Of a DNA stretch of 64,000 bases, positions 37,571-45,422 are shown piece after piece. The notes under the pieces are model-generated. The model was not told the DNA's origin. It was given only the letters and a program-made list of their open reading frames with translations, and did no database searches. The stretch spans positions 12,082 through 76,081 of the forward strand of contig JAAZMP010000098.1 of the NCBI GenBank assembly GCA_012798755.1, written 5' to 3'. The stretch is from Bacillota bacterium (GTDB lineage: Bacteria; Bacillota; Dethiobacteria; DTU022; UBA8154). Each line of letters begins with the position of its first letter. Within the stretch, counting starts at the first letter, position 1. Both the position numbers and the translations under genes were made by a program.

Positions 37571-37862
37571 GTTTTCCCCCTCACGTTACAAATCTGCAAT
37601 TTTTACAGGTGATGTTTTTCAGTTTTTACCTTAACGATTTTTCCGATCGTGATTTTTTTATCATTCAGGGTCATCTTCCACTTTCATTACTTCGAGGGAA
37701 AATGCCGTTTTCCTTCTTTAGCCTCTTTAGTCTAACTGATTATTTCTATTTTTGTTCCCTAAATTCCTTCGTATTTTAAAAGAAATCAAATAAAATGATA
37801 AATCTCTTTCCCATAACAAAAAACCCGGAATAAATTACTACAAAACATGTATCCTTCTGCTA

Positions 37863-38324
37863 TTATTCGGTTTTTTCCCCATAAATCCAGGGTTCTGCGC
37901 ATTTTTTATAGCTTATTATTTCTTTCTGTGAAAAGAAAAGAGAGATCTCCCGGGCTGCACTTTCAGGGGAATCTGATCCGTGAACAATGTTGTTGCCGGT
38001 AAAAAGGCCATAGTCGCCTCTGATGGTTCCCGTTGGGGCCTCCTGAGGATCCGTACTTCCCATCATTTTACGGGCCACCTGGATTGCCTGCCTACCTTCC
38101 CAAACCATGGCAACCACCGGCCCGGAGGTGATAAAACTGACAAGATCATCAAAAAAAGGTTTGCCTACATGTTCATTATAATGCTGATTTGCCATTTCCT
38201 GGTCTATTGTAAGCATTTTTAAGGCTACTAACTTTAACCCTTTTTTTTCAAATCTGCCAATTACCTCACCAATGAGATTACGCTGAACAGCATCCGGCTT
38301 GAGCATTACAAAAGTTTTTTCCAT
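37863..38324 (-). CDS. ndk: Nucleoside diphosphate kinase
   Basis: It begins [13 protein letters not shown] and has the NxxHGSD active-site His (NIVHGSDS). Confidence 0.95.
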   Translation of the reverse strand: MEKTFVMLKPDAVQRNLIGEVIGRFEKKGLKLVALKMLTIDQEMANQHYNEHVGKPFFDDLVSFITSGPVVAMVWEGRQAIQVARKMMGSTDPQEAPTGTIRGDYGLFTGNNIVHGSDSPESAAREISLFFSQKEIISYKKCAEPWIYGEKTE

Positions 38325-38411
38325 AAAAAAGGCCTCCTGTGTAACATAATCGATTTGCTAAAAAGAAAGGCTTCTCGTTTTTATTGTAAAAAAGAGAAGC
38401 CTTTCTAAAAC

Positions 38412-39326
38412 TTAGTAAATGAACAGAGGATTGTCATCCTCAATTATCCGCTTTTCCGCAGAACGCAAAGCACGGATGTTTTTGGCTAGGGTAAAAATGT
38501 GCAAATGGGTTAAACCATCATAAAATCGCAGATCTTCGATCTTTCTTTTATTAAGGCATTCATCAATTGCCGGGCCGGTGAAATTAAGGGCGCTGTCTTT
38601 TTGCGAAGCATAGATGAAGCCCCATTTTGTATCATACGAAGGAATGAAAGCACCATAGGAATCAACGTTTTTAAAAACTAGTTTCAGGGTATTGTAAATT
38701 GCACCATGGCATTCAATGAACTTTGGATTTAGGGAACCGGCCTGCAAGGCAACGCTTCCCCCTTTTTTGATTCTCTGTGCAGTCAGACGGTAAAACTCCT
38801 TGGTAAATAACAGATAGGAAGGGCTGTTATCCAATGGTTCCGTAAGATCAAGAAAAATAACATCCCATTTACCGGTGTTTTCCTCAAGGTATTTGCGGGC
38901 ATCCATATGATACAACTCCACTTTGGGATTATCGAAGGAGCCCTGGTTCCAATCAGGCAAATACTTTTTGCAAACATCTATCACTTGGCGATCAATATCC
39001 ACCATCAAAATTTTCTCAACAGAAGGATGTTTTAATACCTCTCTTAAAACAGCTCCCTCTCCGCCGCCTATAACCATTATTTCTTTAGGTGAAGGATGTA
39101 TTACCATAGCTGGGTGAACTAAAGCTTCGTGGTAAATGAATTCGTCGTAATTGGACGATTGAATTTTCCCATCCAAAATTAGGCAGCGACCAAAAAAATC
39201 TGTGTCAACGATTTCAATGTTTTGAAATGGCGTCTTTCCATCGTAAACGTACCGTTCTATGCCGTACATATGAGCCTGGCTGGGGTGCGTATACTCAATG
39301 AACCATTTCCCGCTGAGAGGTAACAA
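38412..39326 (-). CDS. speE: Spermidine synthase (aminopropyltransferase)
   Basis: It has the GGGEGAVLREVLKH SAM/dcSAM site, the LDGKIQSS motif and DLTEP. The TTG start lies 7 nt after AAGGAGG. Confidence 0.9.
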   Translation of the reverse strand: MLPLSGKWFIEYTHPSQAHMYGIERYVYDGKTPFQNIEIVDTDFFGRCLILDGKIQSSNYDEFIYHEALVHPAMVIHPSPKEIMVIGGGEGAVLREVLKHPSVEKILMVDIDRQVIDVCKKYLPDWNQGSFDNPKVELYHMDARKYLEENTGKWDVIFLDLTEPLDNSPSYLLFTKEFYRLTAQRIKKGGSVALQAGSLNPKFIECHGAIYNTLKLVFKNVDSYGAFIPSYDTKWGFIYASQKDSALNFTGPAIDECLNKRKIEDLRFYDGLTHLHIFTLAKNIRALRSAEKRIIEDDNPLFIY

Positions 39327-39373
39327 AACAAGGCCTCCTTTTCAGGGCTGTAGTCTTTTTAGTGTTCTGGTTT

Positions 39374-39769
39374 TTATACTGCAGACTTTTGTTCGGGATA
39401 CTCTGTTTTAATTTGGTCAAATTCGAAAATGCCACGTTTTATTTCTTTAGCCGCCATTCGTTCGGCTGTAAATTGCTTTTTTAAAAAGTAACACGAAACC
39501 CAGGGATCTACAGTATTCCCGCAAGTAAACACATCCACCGCGGCATAGCCGTGTTCGGGCCACGTATGAATAGCCAAATGCGACTCGGATATTACCACAA
39601 CACCGCTTACTCCTTGAGGGGAAAATTCATGGAAGACAGCTTCCCTGACCTCGGCCCCTGCTTCCAGAGCTGCATTAATCATAATTTCTTCGATCTGCCG
39701 GGTGTTGTTTAATATATCCGGAGAACACCCATAAAACTCAGCTAGAACGTGACGGCCTAAAGCGCGCAT
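39374..39769 (-). CDS. speD: S-adenosylmethionine decarboxylase proenzyme (pyruvoyl, class 1B)
   Basis: It has the self-cleavage motif [15 protein letters not shown]. The ATG is at 39769. The longer track ORF would run through the promoter at 39814-39841. Confidence 0.9.
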   Translation of the reverse strand: MRALGRHVLAEFYGCSPDILNNTRQIEEIMINAALEAGAEVREAVFHEFSPQGVSGVVVISESHLAIHTWPEHGYAAVDVFTCGNTVDPWVSCYFLKKQFTAERMAAKEIKRGIFEFDQIKTEYPEQKSAV

Positions 39770-39813
39770 TTTCCAAAACCCCCTTTTTAAAATTTGGTTT
39801 AAGGTCAAGTTAA

Positions 39814-39841
39814 ATTGTAACAAATTAAGTGTAAAAGTCAA
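39814..39841 (-). promoter_or_regulatory. Sigma-A type promoter of speD-speE (extended -10)
   Basis: The minus strand reads TTGACT, a 16-nt spacer ending in TGT, then TACAAT. Confidence 0.65.
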
Positions 39842-40037
39842 TGATTACGGAATATATTTTTAAAAAAAGATATGTGCTTATCCAAACAGAAGATATTTGC
39901 GTTTAACTGCTTTAAATAATAAAAAACAACACCTTTCCGGGCTTTAATAATTATTTCAGATTTACATTGCTAATTTTGAAATTCGTTTAGCCTTCAAATA
40001 TTTTTACCAAGCTTTTATTTTAAAAAATTACTTGTGT

Positions 40038-40511
40038 TTATTTTCTAATACGCACAACCAAACCGTTGTTAGCTTTTTGAAGTTCACCGGTTGAAATTTT
40101 GATAAGTGAGTTTGGGGAACCCCCACCGGTATAGACCAAATCTTTTTCCATTACTTTAGGATCAATTAAGTACTGCCCTTCATAACCGAATGAAGGGACA
40201 CCTCCTACCGGGTAGCCCGACCCGGCTATAATTTCTTCCGGTGTGGCAATCCGGGGTGGTTTTATGCCAAGTGCTTTTCCGACCCTTTTTCTACTGACCC
40301 GGTCTTCTCCTTTAACAATTGCTGTAATTAAACGCCCTTCGCTGTCGATGAGGCAAATATTTTTCACCAGATCCTCCGGAGTAGCGTTTGCCGCTTTGGC
40401 AGCAGCCTCAACTGAATGACATGCTTGCTCAAAAACTAAATGTTCGCCGTGAATTTCATGGGCAAACATATATTCCTTCATTTTATTTTCGTATTTATCC
40501 AATACTTCCAC
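40038..40511 (-). CDS. YbaK/EbsC-type aminoacyl-tRNA trans-editing deacylase domain protein
   Basis: It has the size and motifs of the YbaK/ProRS-associated domain (KNICLIDSEG.., SGYPVGGVPSFG). The start is uncertain (GTG at 40511 or TTG at 40502). Confidence 0.8.
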   Translation of the reverse strand: MEVLDKYENKMKEYMFAHEIHGEHLVFEQACHSVEAAAKAANATPEDLVKNICLIDSEGRLITAIVKGEDRVSRKRVGKALGIKPPRIATPEEIIAGSGYPVGGVPSFGYEGQYLIDPKVMEKDLVYTGGGSPNSLIKISTGELQKANNGLVVRIRK

Positions 40512-40742
40512 CTCTTTTTAAGAATATTTTAGCAAGCCTATGTAGCTTTTTGTTCCAGTATACCAGCATGGTTAATTATACACCATTTTCGATCGGATTT
40601 GATAATTGCGGTTTCAGCTTTTGCAAAACACCCGGATTTTGTTCAGGGGACTATTTTACAGATAGCAATGTAGGGTTTTTTGCTGGGGTTAACTAATAAC
40701 ATTAATAGTATATTAAGAAATGTTAGTTGGAGGAGATAAAAT

Positions 40743-42338
40743 TTGAAGGAACTGGTAACGATTAAGGATGCAATTGAAATTATAAATGATTACCTGGAAA
40801 AGAAAATCAACATGCCCGGAAACATAAATTATAGTAACATCTCCTATCTTATACAATACGGCTGGTTAAGAAAGTATACTGAAAATGACAAAACACTGGT
40901 CAACTATAAAGAGTTGATGAAATATTATGAGAAATTTTATAGTGATAGAAGGCTAAAATGGACAAACGAACTAGGAAATGATCTAAACTGGCATTTGGCT
41001 TTTGAACATTTAAAGGAAAGAGATACTACCAAACACGTACACAGATTACATCCCTATAAAGGAAAATTTATTCCTCAGTTAGTTCAATATTTTATTGACG
41101 ATCACACTGATGAGTTTAAAAAGGAAATATATTTTCAAAAAGGCGATATAATATTAGACCCTTTCTTGGGCTCGGGGACAACCCTGGTTCAAGCCAATGA
41201 ACTTGGAATACATGGAATAGGTATAGATATATCTGAATTTAATTGCCTGATATCAAAATGTAAAGTTCAAGATTATGACATTAATCTATTACAGAAAGTG
41301 TCGAACAGGATTTTAAATAAATTAGAAGAAGGCAAATTTGGTAAAAATATTTTAGCTTTTGAAAAAGAATTGTCTAACGAAATGCATCGTTTTAACAAAG
41401 AACATTTTCCAAATCCGGATTTTAAATATAACATCAGGCAAGGTTTGCTTGACGAGGGGAAATATGGCAAAGAAAAGGAAAAAGACTTTCTATCTGTATA
41501 CCACAGGCTGATGCACAAATACGATGTCGAAATCAAACCTGCCGGCGGAAATAATTTTTTGGACAGATGGCTTTTAAAAAATATTAAAAATGAGGTCGAT
41601 TTAGTCAGTGATGAAATACAAAAAGAAACAGATAAAAGTGTAAAAAACTTTATGATGGTTGTTTTAAGTAGAACAGTTAGATCTTGTAGGGCAACTAAGC
41701 ATTATGACCTGGCTACCCTAAAAGAACCACAATTTGAAACATATTACTGTAAAAAACACAAAAAGATTTGCAAACCAATTATGACAATAAGAGCACGATT
41801 TAGGCGATATTTAAACGATACCATGAAGCGAATCGAAGAGTATGGTAAAATAAAAACCAATGCTGGTTATGCTATTATTAACGGGGATTCCAGGACAATG
41901 AACATAAGTAGCGGGATCAAAGACATAAATCCTGCTTTATTTAAACTGCTGAAAGAAAAAAAAATTAAAGGTATTTTTACTTCACCGCCGTATGTTGGAA
42001 ACATTAATTACCATGAGCAACATGCTTACGCTTATGAATTATTCAATTTTAAAAGAAAGGATAAGCTTGAAATAGGTCCTTTATACAAAGGGAAAGGAAA
42101 AAAAGCCCGGCAATCCTATGTGAAAGGAATATCTGATGTTCTTATAAATTGCAAAAAATTTATGGTAAAAAATTATGATGTTTTTATGGTTGCTAATGAT
42201 AAACATAATTTGTACCCCGAAATCGCCAAAAAAGCAGGTATGGAAATTGTCAACAAATTTAAAAGACCTGTTCTAAATAGAACCGAAAGGGACAGGAAGC
42301 CTTATTCGGAAATTGTTTTTCACCTAAAGTGCAAATAG
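40743..42338 (+). CDS. Solitary SAM-dependent DNA methyltransferase, SPPY type (m4C or m6A), motif order X-I...IV
   Basis: It has HRLHPYKGKFIPQLVQYF (motif X-like), DPFLGSGTTLVQA (motif I), then about 260 aa later IFTSPPYVGNINY (motif IV). The TTG start lies 9 nt after GGAGGAG. Its GC content is visibly lower than its neighbours. No nuclease gene is adjacent. Confidence 0.8.
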   Translation: MKELVTIKDAIEIINDYLEKKINMPGNINYSNISYLIQYGWLRKYTENDKTLVNYKELMKYYEKFYSDRRLKWTNELGNDLNWHLAFEHLKERDTTKHVHRLHPYKGKFIPQLVQYFIDDHTDEFKKEIYFQKGDIILDPFLGSGTTLVQANELGIHGIGIDISEFNCLISKCKVQDYDINLLQKVSNRILNKLEEGKFGKNILAFEKELSNEMHRFNKEHFPNPDFKYNIRQGLLDEGKYGKEKEKDFLSVYHRLMHKYDVEIKPAGGNNFLDRWLLKNIKNEVDLVSDEIQKETDKSVKNFMMVVLSRTVRSCRATKHYDLATLKEPQFETYYCKKHKKICKPIMTIRARFRRYLNDTMKRIEEYGKIKTNAGYAIINGDSRTMNISSGIKDINPALFKLLKEKKIKGIFTSPPYVGNINYHEQHAYAYELFNFKRKDKLEIGPLYKGKGKKARQSYVKGISDVLINCKKFMVKNYDVFMVANDKHNLYPEIAKKAGMEIVNKFKRPVLNRTERDRKPYSEIVFHLKCK

Positions 42339-42548
42339 CGAATAGCCGGGGGGGGAAAGCAGGCCCACTTTATATATAAAAGTCGGGCGGGGCATTCCCC
42401 ATTACTTATTTTAGAATTTGGAAGTTCTGAACAGTCTTCAGTGATGATCTTATATAAAAATAAAGTTCCCGCAAAGATTACTAGGAACTTTGCGTGAACT
42501 TTAGCCTTTTCGGGACTCTTATGTTTGTGATGAACCCCGTTATAATCG

Positions 42549-42625
42549 TGGTCGGAGCGACAGGATTTGAACCTGCGACCTCTTGACCCCCAGTCAAGCG
42601 CGCTTCCAAGCTGCGCCACGCCCCG
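42549..42625 (-). tRNA. tRNA-Pro (anticodon GGG)
   Basis: The reverse complement is CGGGGCGTGGCGCAGCTTGG...CTTGA-CUGGGGG-TCAAG...GGTTCAAATCC...CGCTCCGACCA. Confidence 0.95.
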
Positions 42626-42641
42626 TTACCTGTTGATATGT

Positions 42642-42670
42642 ATTGTACCATTTACTTAAACTAAAGTCAA
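42642..42670 (-). promoter_or_regulatory. Sigma-A type promoter of tRNA-Pro
   Basis: The minus strand reads TTGACT, a 17-nt spacer, then TACAAT, about 16 nt before the tRNA 5' end. Confidence 0.7.
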
Positions 42671-42746
42671 TAGTTTCACGAGCGGATGTAGTTATTCTGT
42701 GATAATGTCATGTAGAATTTATTTTAGTAAAATATATATGTACATT

Positions 42747-42779
42747 ATATATTCATAATATATTCATAATATATTCATA
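42747..42779. repeat. Perfect 3 x 11-bp tandem repeat (ATATATTCATA)
   Basis: I read this directly. The units are 42747-42757, 42758-42768 and 42769-42779. The repeat lies between the DUF5320-operon terminator and the tRNA-Pro promoter. Confidence 0.9.
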
Positions 42780-42811
42780 AAAACCCTCACAATGGCAAAT
42801 TGCGTGGGTTT
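42777..42811 (-). terminator. Terminator of the NifX-like/DUF5320 operon
   Basis: The minus strand reads AAACCCAC-N13-GTGAGGGTTT (one 2-nt bulge), running into TTTTTAT. Confidence 0.5.
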
Positions 42812-42869
42812 TTATACTATCCATAACTTCAACTTGTTAACATAATCTCGAATTTTTGTTTTGCTGTTT

Positions 42870-43076
42870 CTACCAAAAACCGCGTCCCCGGTTATTCCGG
42901 CCTCGGCCATTTTTTGGACCTAGGCCAAAACGCGGGGCATTAAAGAATTGGTTGCCGGAAGGCCTGGGGTAAGAAGGCACGGCTCTCCTTCTCCGGGCAG
43001 GTAAAAAACAAAACCCGCGCCCCCTGCCGGTTATTGGGCCGGCACCCTGTGGGCCCGTTCCATCAAAGCCGGGCAT
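42870..43076 (-). CDS. DUF5320-like small Arg/Gly-rich protein
   Basis: It begins MPGFDGTGPQGAGPITGRGRGFC, the signature I recall for DUF5320, and has a C-terminal GRGRNNRGRGFW. The ATG at 43076 lies 8 nt after GAAGGAGG. Confidence 0.7.
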   Translation of the reverse strand: MPGFDGTGPQGAGPITGRGRGFCFLPARRRRAVPSYPRPSGNQFFNAPRFGLGPKNGRGRNNRGRGFW

Positions 43077-43102
43077 ATACATTGCCTCCTTCAAACTATA
43101 TT

Positions 43103-43528
43103 TTATTGAAATCTTCTTCCTCCGCCTCCGCCACGACCTCCACCTCTTCCTCCACCTCTACCCCTTCCCCCGCCAGTGCCGAAATTGGAAGGCACTGTGG
43201 AACCTGAGACTAGGTTTAATTTGCCTTGTTGATACTGTTCCAAAGCATCGGTTACTGTTCCGCTAATCCCGGTATAAATCTTGATGCCTCCGGTATTTAA
43301 TGCAGCATGAGCTTTCGGTCCGACGTTTCCGGTAAGCACTGCACCCACTCCTTTATCCATCAAAAATTGCGCAGTTTGAACGCCGGCACCCCCTGCTGCT
43401 TCTGCACTGGGGTTTGCAATCGCCTCATGTTGCCCTTCATCTACTAAAACAAAGTAGGTGCAGCGGCCAAGGCGTTGATCCACCAAACTGTCCATTTCCG
43501 GCCCTTGAGAAGTAATCGCAATCTTCAT
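43103..43528 (-). CDS. NifB/NifX-family (dinitrogenase Fe-Mo cofactor biosynthesis domain) protein with a C-terminal RGG tail
   Basis: It has MKIAITS..LGRCTYFVLVD...GVGAVLTGNVGPKA...GIKIY, typical of the PF02579-type fold. The tail is GTGGGRGRGGGRGGGRGGGGGRRFQ. Confidence 0.8.
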   Translation of the reverse strand: MKIAITSQGPEMDSLVDQRLGRCTYFVLVDEGQHEAIANPSAEAAGGAGVQTAQFLMDKGVGAVLTGNVGPKAHAALNTGGIKIYTGISGTVTDALEQYQQGKLNLVSGSTVPSNFGTGGGRGRGGGRGGGRGGGGGRRFQ

Positions 43529-43764
43529 ATCTTACACCTCCATCTGTAATGGTATTTTATTACACTTACCTCCATGTTACCGGTGTGTACTTGCTATCAT
43601 TCCCCTATTTTAATAACCTACCAAGTTTGTAAGGATTTACATCATTATACCAAAATTATAAGATAATTGAAAGCAGTATGGTTACGTTTGTAACTATTTT
43701 TTAAAAAAGCTTACTCCCACCCAAAAATAATTGCCCCTGAATAAAGAAAGAAAGAAAAACAAAT

Positions 43765-43795
43765 CATCGCTCACAGCGATGTCCTAAATACCTCA
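43765..43795 (-). other. Candidate UGA(Sec) plus SECIS-like hairpin (may double as terminator) at the end of the Grx-like gene
   Basis: The mRNA reads UGA GGU AUU UAG GA-CAUCGCU-GUG-AGCGAUG-AUUUGUUUUUCUUUC. This is a 7-bp perfect stem starting exactly 11 nt after the UGA, with a GUG apical loop and a U-rich tract after it. Confidence 0.5.
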
Positions 43796-44002
43796 ACCCT
43801 TGCCCTGGTAACCGATAGACTTGACTTTTCCGTCTTCAACAAGTACCGGTACAATTCCGGCGCCATATTTTACCTTGGCCGTCTCTAACGCAGAACTATC
43901 ATGGCTAACGTTGAATAACCGGTAAGAAAGACCTTCCTGTTCTAGTTGTTTGATCTGTTTTTGGCAATAAGCACACCCATCCTTAACATATAGTTCAATC
44001 AT
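43784..44002 (-). CDS. Glutaredoxin-like CxxC protein, probable selenoprotein ending ...GKG-U-G-I (the conventional call stops at TGA 43793)
   Basis: It has a Grx fold (MIELYVKDGCAYCQK...VPVLVEDGK). An AGGAGGT SD lies 6 nt before the ATG. The TGA at 43793-43795 is followed in frame by GGT ATT TAG and a SECIS-like hairpin. Sec usage in this organism is shown by fdnG. Confidence 0.6.
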
Positions 44003-44394
44003 TGTATTACCTCCTAACTAGTACAATATAGTTGTAATCAATCAGCAGCAAAACAGCTGCTAAAAACACCAAATTTAATAGTTAACATAATGTTGTTCAC
44101 AATGTTGTTAATTGGCCACCTTAACATCAAGCATAACGTGTGCCAGGGTGAAGATGGTCCTTTTTTTGTCTAATTGAATAGCTACTAATATCTTAACACA
44201 AGTAAATAAATTTAAGCAAAACCCAGAAAGGTATTTTTTTAAAAAAAGCTGTAAAAATAATAACATGCGATGAATAACGGCAATTGGAGAAATAATTTAA
44301 AATAGTTTTTTTAAAAAAGGACTTTTTGTTACAATAAACGAACTATACCTTTAAATGCTTTTCGCATTTATAAATAGAAAGGTGATGAATTATT

Positions 44395-44757
44395 ATGCAG
44401 TCTTTGATTTTTGTACTCATAATAGCATTTTTGTTGTTTCTTTGTTTTGCTCTTCCTTTACTTTTACAAAGACGGGCTATTATTGCAGTTATAAAAATTT
44501 TCCGGCAAAAAAATGCTTTAAAGGCAAATAACGCATTGACACGTGATGAACTGGGGATTGTACCACAAACTTTTTTCAGTAAAATGTTAAAATTGCGCGA
44601 TTACAAGCCCGATGCACTCAATCTTCTTTTAAGCACAAAAATTGTAAAGGAAACAGCAGACGAAAAACTTTATTTTTCCAGGGAAGAATTTTCTACATTG
44701 CAAAGGAAAACAAGTTCCCGGATGTTAAAATTTCTTCTACCAAAACGGCTTCTTTAA
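44395..44757 (+). CDS. Hypothetical protein with an N-terminal TM helix
   Basis: The ATG lies 9 nt after AAGGTGAT. It has one N-terminal hydrophobic helix and a basic soluble part. I recognise no motif. Confidence 0.5.
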   Translation: MQSLIFVLIIAFLLFLCFALPLLLQRRAIIAVIKIFRQKNALKANNALTRDELGIVPQTFFSKMLKLRDYKPDALNLLLSTKIVKETADEKLYFSREEFSTLQRKTSSRMLKFLLPKRLL

Positions 44758-44894
44758 ATTAAAGCATATATCGCCCGTGTCTTTTAACATATCAGTTTAC
44801 TTAAAATATAAAAAGCAGAAGTTGTTTTCACTGAGAAAATTCAATTCTTTAAAAACAGGAAATTGCAATTGTATCTATGTAGTGAAATCAAAAA

Positions 44895-45419
44895 TCAGCT
44901 TTTATATTTTTTTAATATATAGTTCACAAAAAAATAGAAACCCAGGCTAAAAACAAGTGCATTTACAACCGCGCCCAGTAAAAAAGTAACACCAAAAAGT
45001 TCGGCGGCACTTAAGATCTTGTCTTTTAAAGGACCGGTTCTCAAAATTAAAAAATATTGATTTTTTATAAATTCCAGGATGTTTTCTTTTTCCATAACCG
45101 GAACCAAAATTAATCCACCGGTGACAAAATTTAGAGCATACATTAAAGGAATCAAAATTCCTGTCAGCAGGCTGGTTGCGGCCGCGCAAGCTTGGTTAGC
45201 TCTAAAAATTATTGCTAAAAAATAAGCCAGAACAAATCCAACACCAAAGGTGGGAATGAAATTTATGCCTATACCCAGGGCACATCCCAGAGCTACTTTA
45301 AACGGTTTTTCTTTTATTTCTACGATTTGTTTTTCTATAGTTGTGTAAAATTTTTCTTTATAATTTTTCCATCCAGATAAAAAAAAGCCTTTTGTATTGG
45401 AGTTTTTCTGTTTGCCCAC
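44895..45419 (-). CDS. DUF2062-like integral membrane protein
   Basis: The topology is 3-4 TM helices, with a G.ALG.GINFIPTFG motif that I recall for DUF2062. The GTG start follows GAAGGAAG. Confidence 0.5.
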   Translation of the reverse strand: MGKQKNSNTKGFFLSGWKNYKEKFYTTIEKQIVEIKEKPFKVALGCALGIGINFIPTFGVGFVLAYFLAIIFRANQACAAATSLLTGILIPLMYALNFVTGGLILVPVMEKENILEFIKNQYFLILRTGPLKDKILSAAELFGVTFLLGAVVNALVFSLGFYFFVNYILKKYKS

Positions 45420-45422
45420 GTC

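Noticed and set aside
37571-37862. Possible Moco or other riboswitch in the 292-bp leader upstream of fdhE
   Set aside because: I found only two short hairpins (GGAAAA-CGGCA-UUUUCC and ACGAU-N7-AUCGU) and none of the conserved Moco-motif segments I remember. This needs an Infernal scan rather than a call.
40591-40612. Possible attL-like partial copy of the tRNA-Pro 3' end (CGA..GGATTTGA..TGCG) left of the methyltransferase
   Set aside because: Only an 8-mer plus scattered matches align, and an indel is needed. By my rough estimate a chance match in a 230-bp AT-rich region is plausible, and no integrase is present. I keep it only as a weak hint.
43529-43580. 16-codon ATG uORF (MEVSVIKYHYRWRCKI) ending in an ATGA overlap with the NifX-like start
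   Set aside because: No SD precedes its ATG. The duplicated AUGGAGGU is better explained as the real SD of the main gene plus a chance copy.
43697-44318. Recurrent T6-7A6-7 palindromes (43697-43708, 44234-44247, 44306-44318; also near 39865 and 40022)
   Set aside because: These are low-complexity A/T tracts common in this genome's intergenic DNA. They share no flanking sequence, so they are probably compositional.
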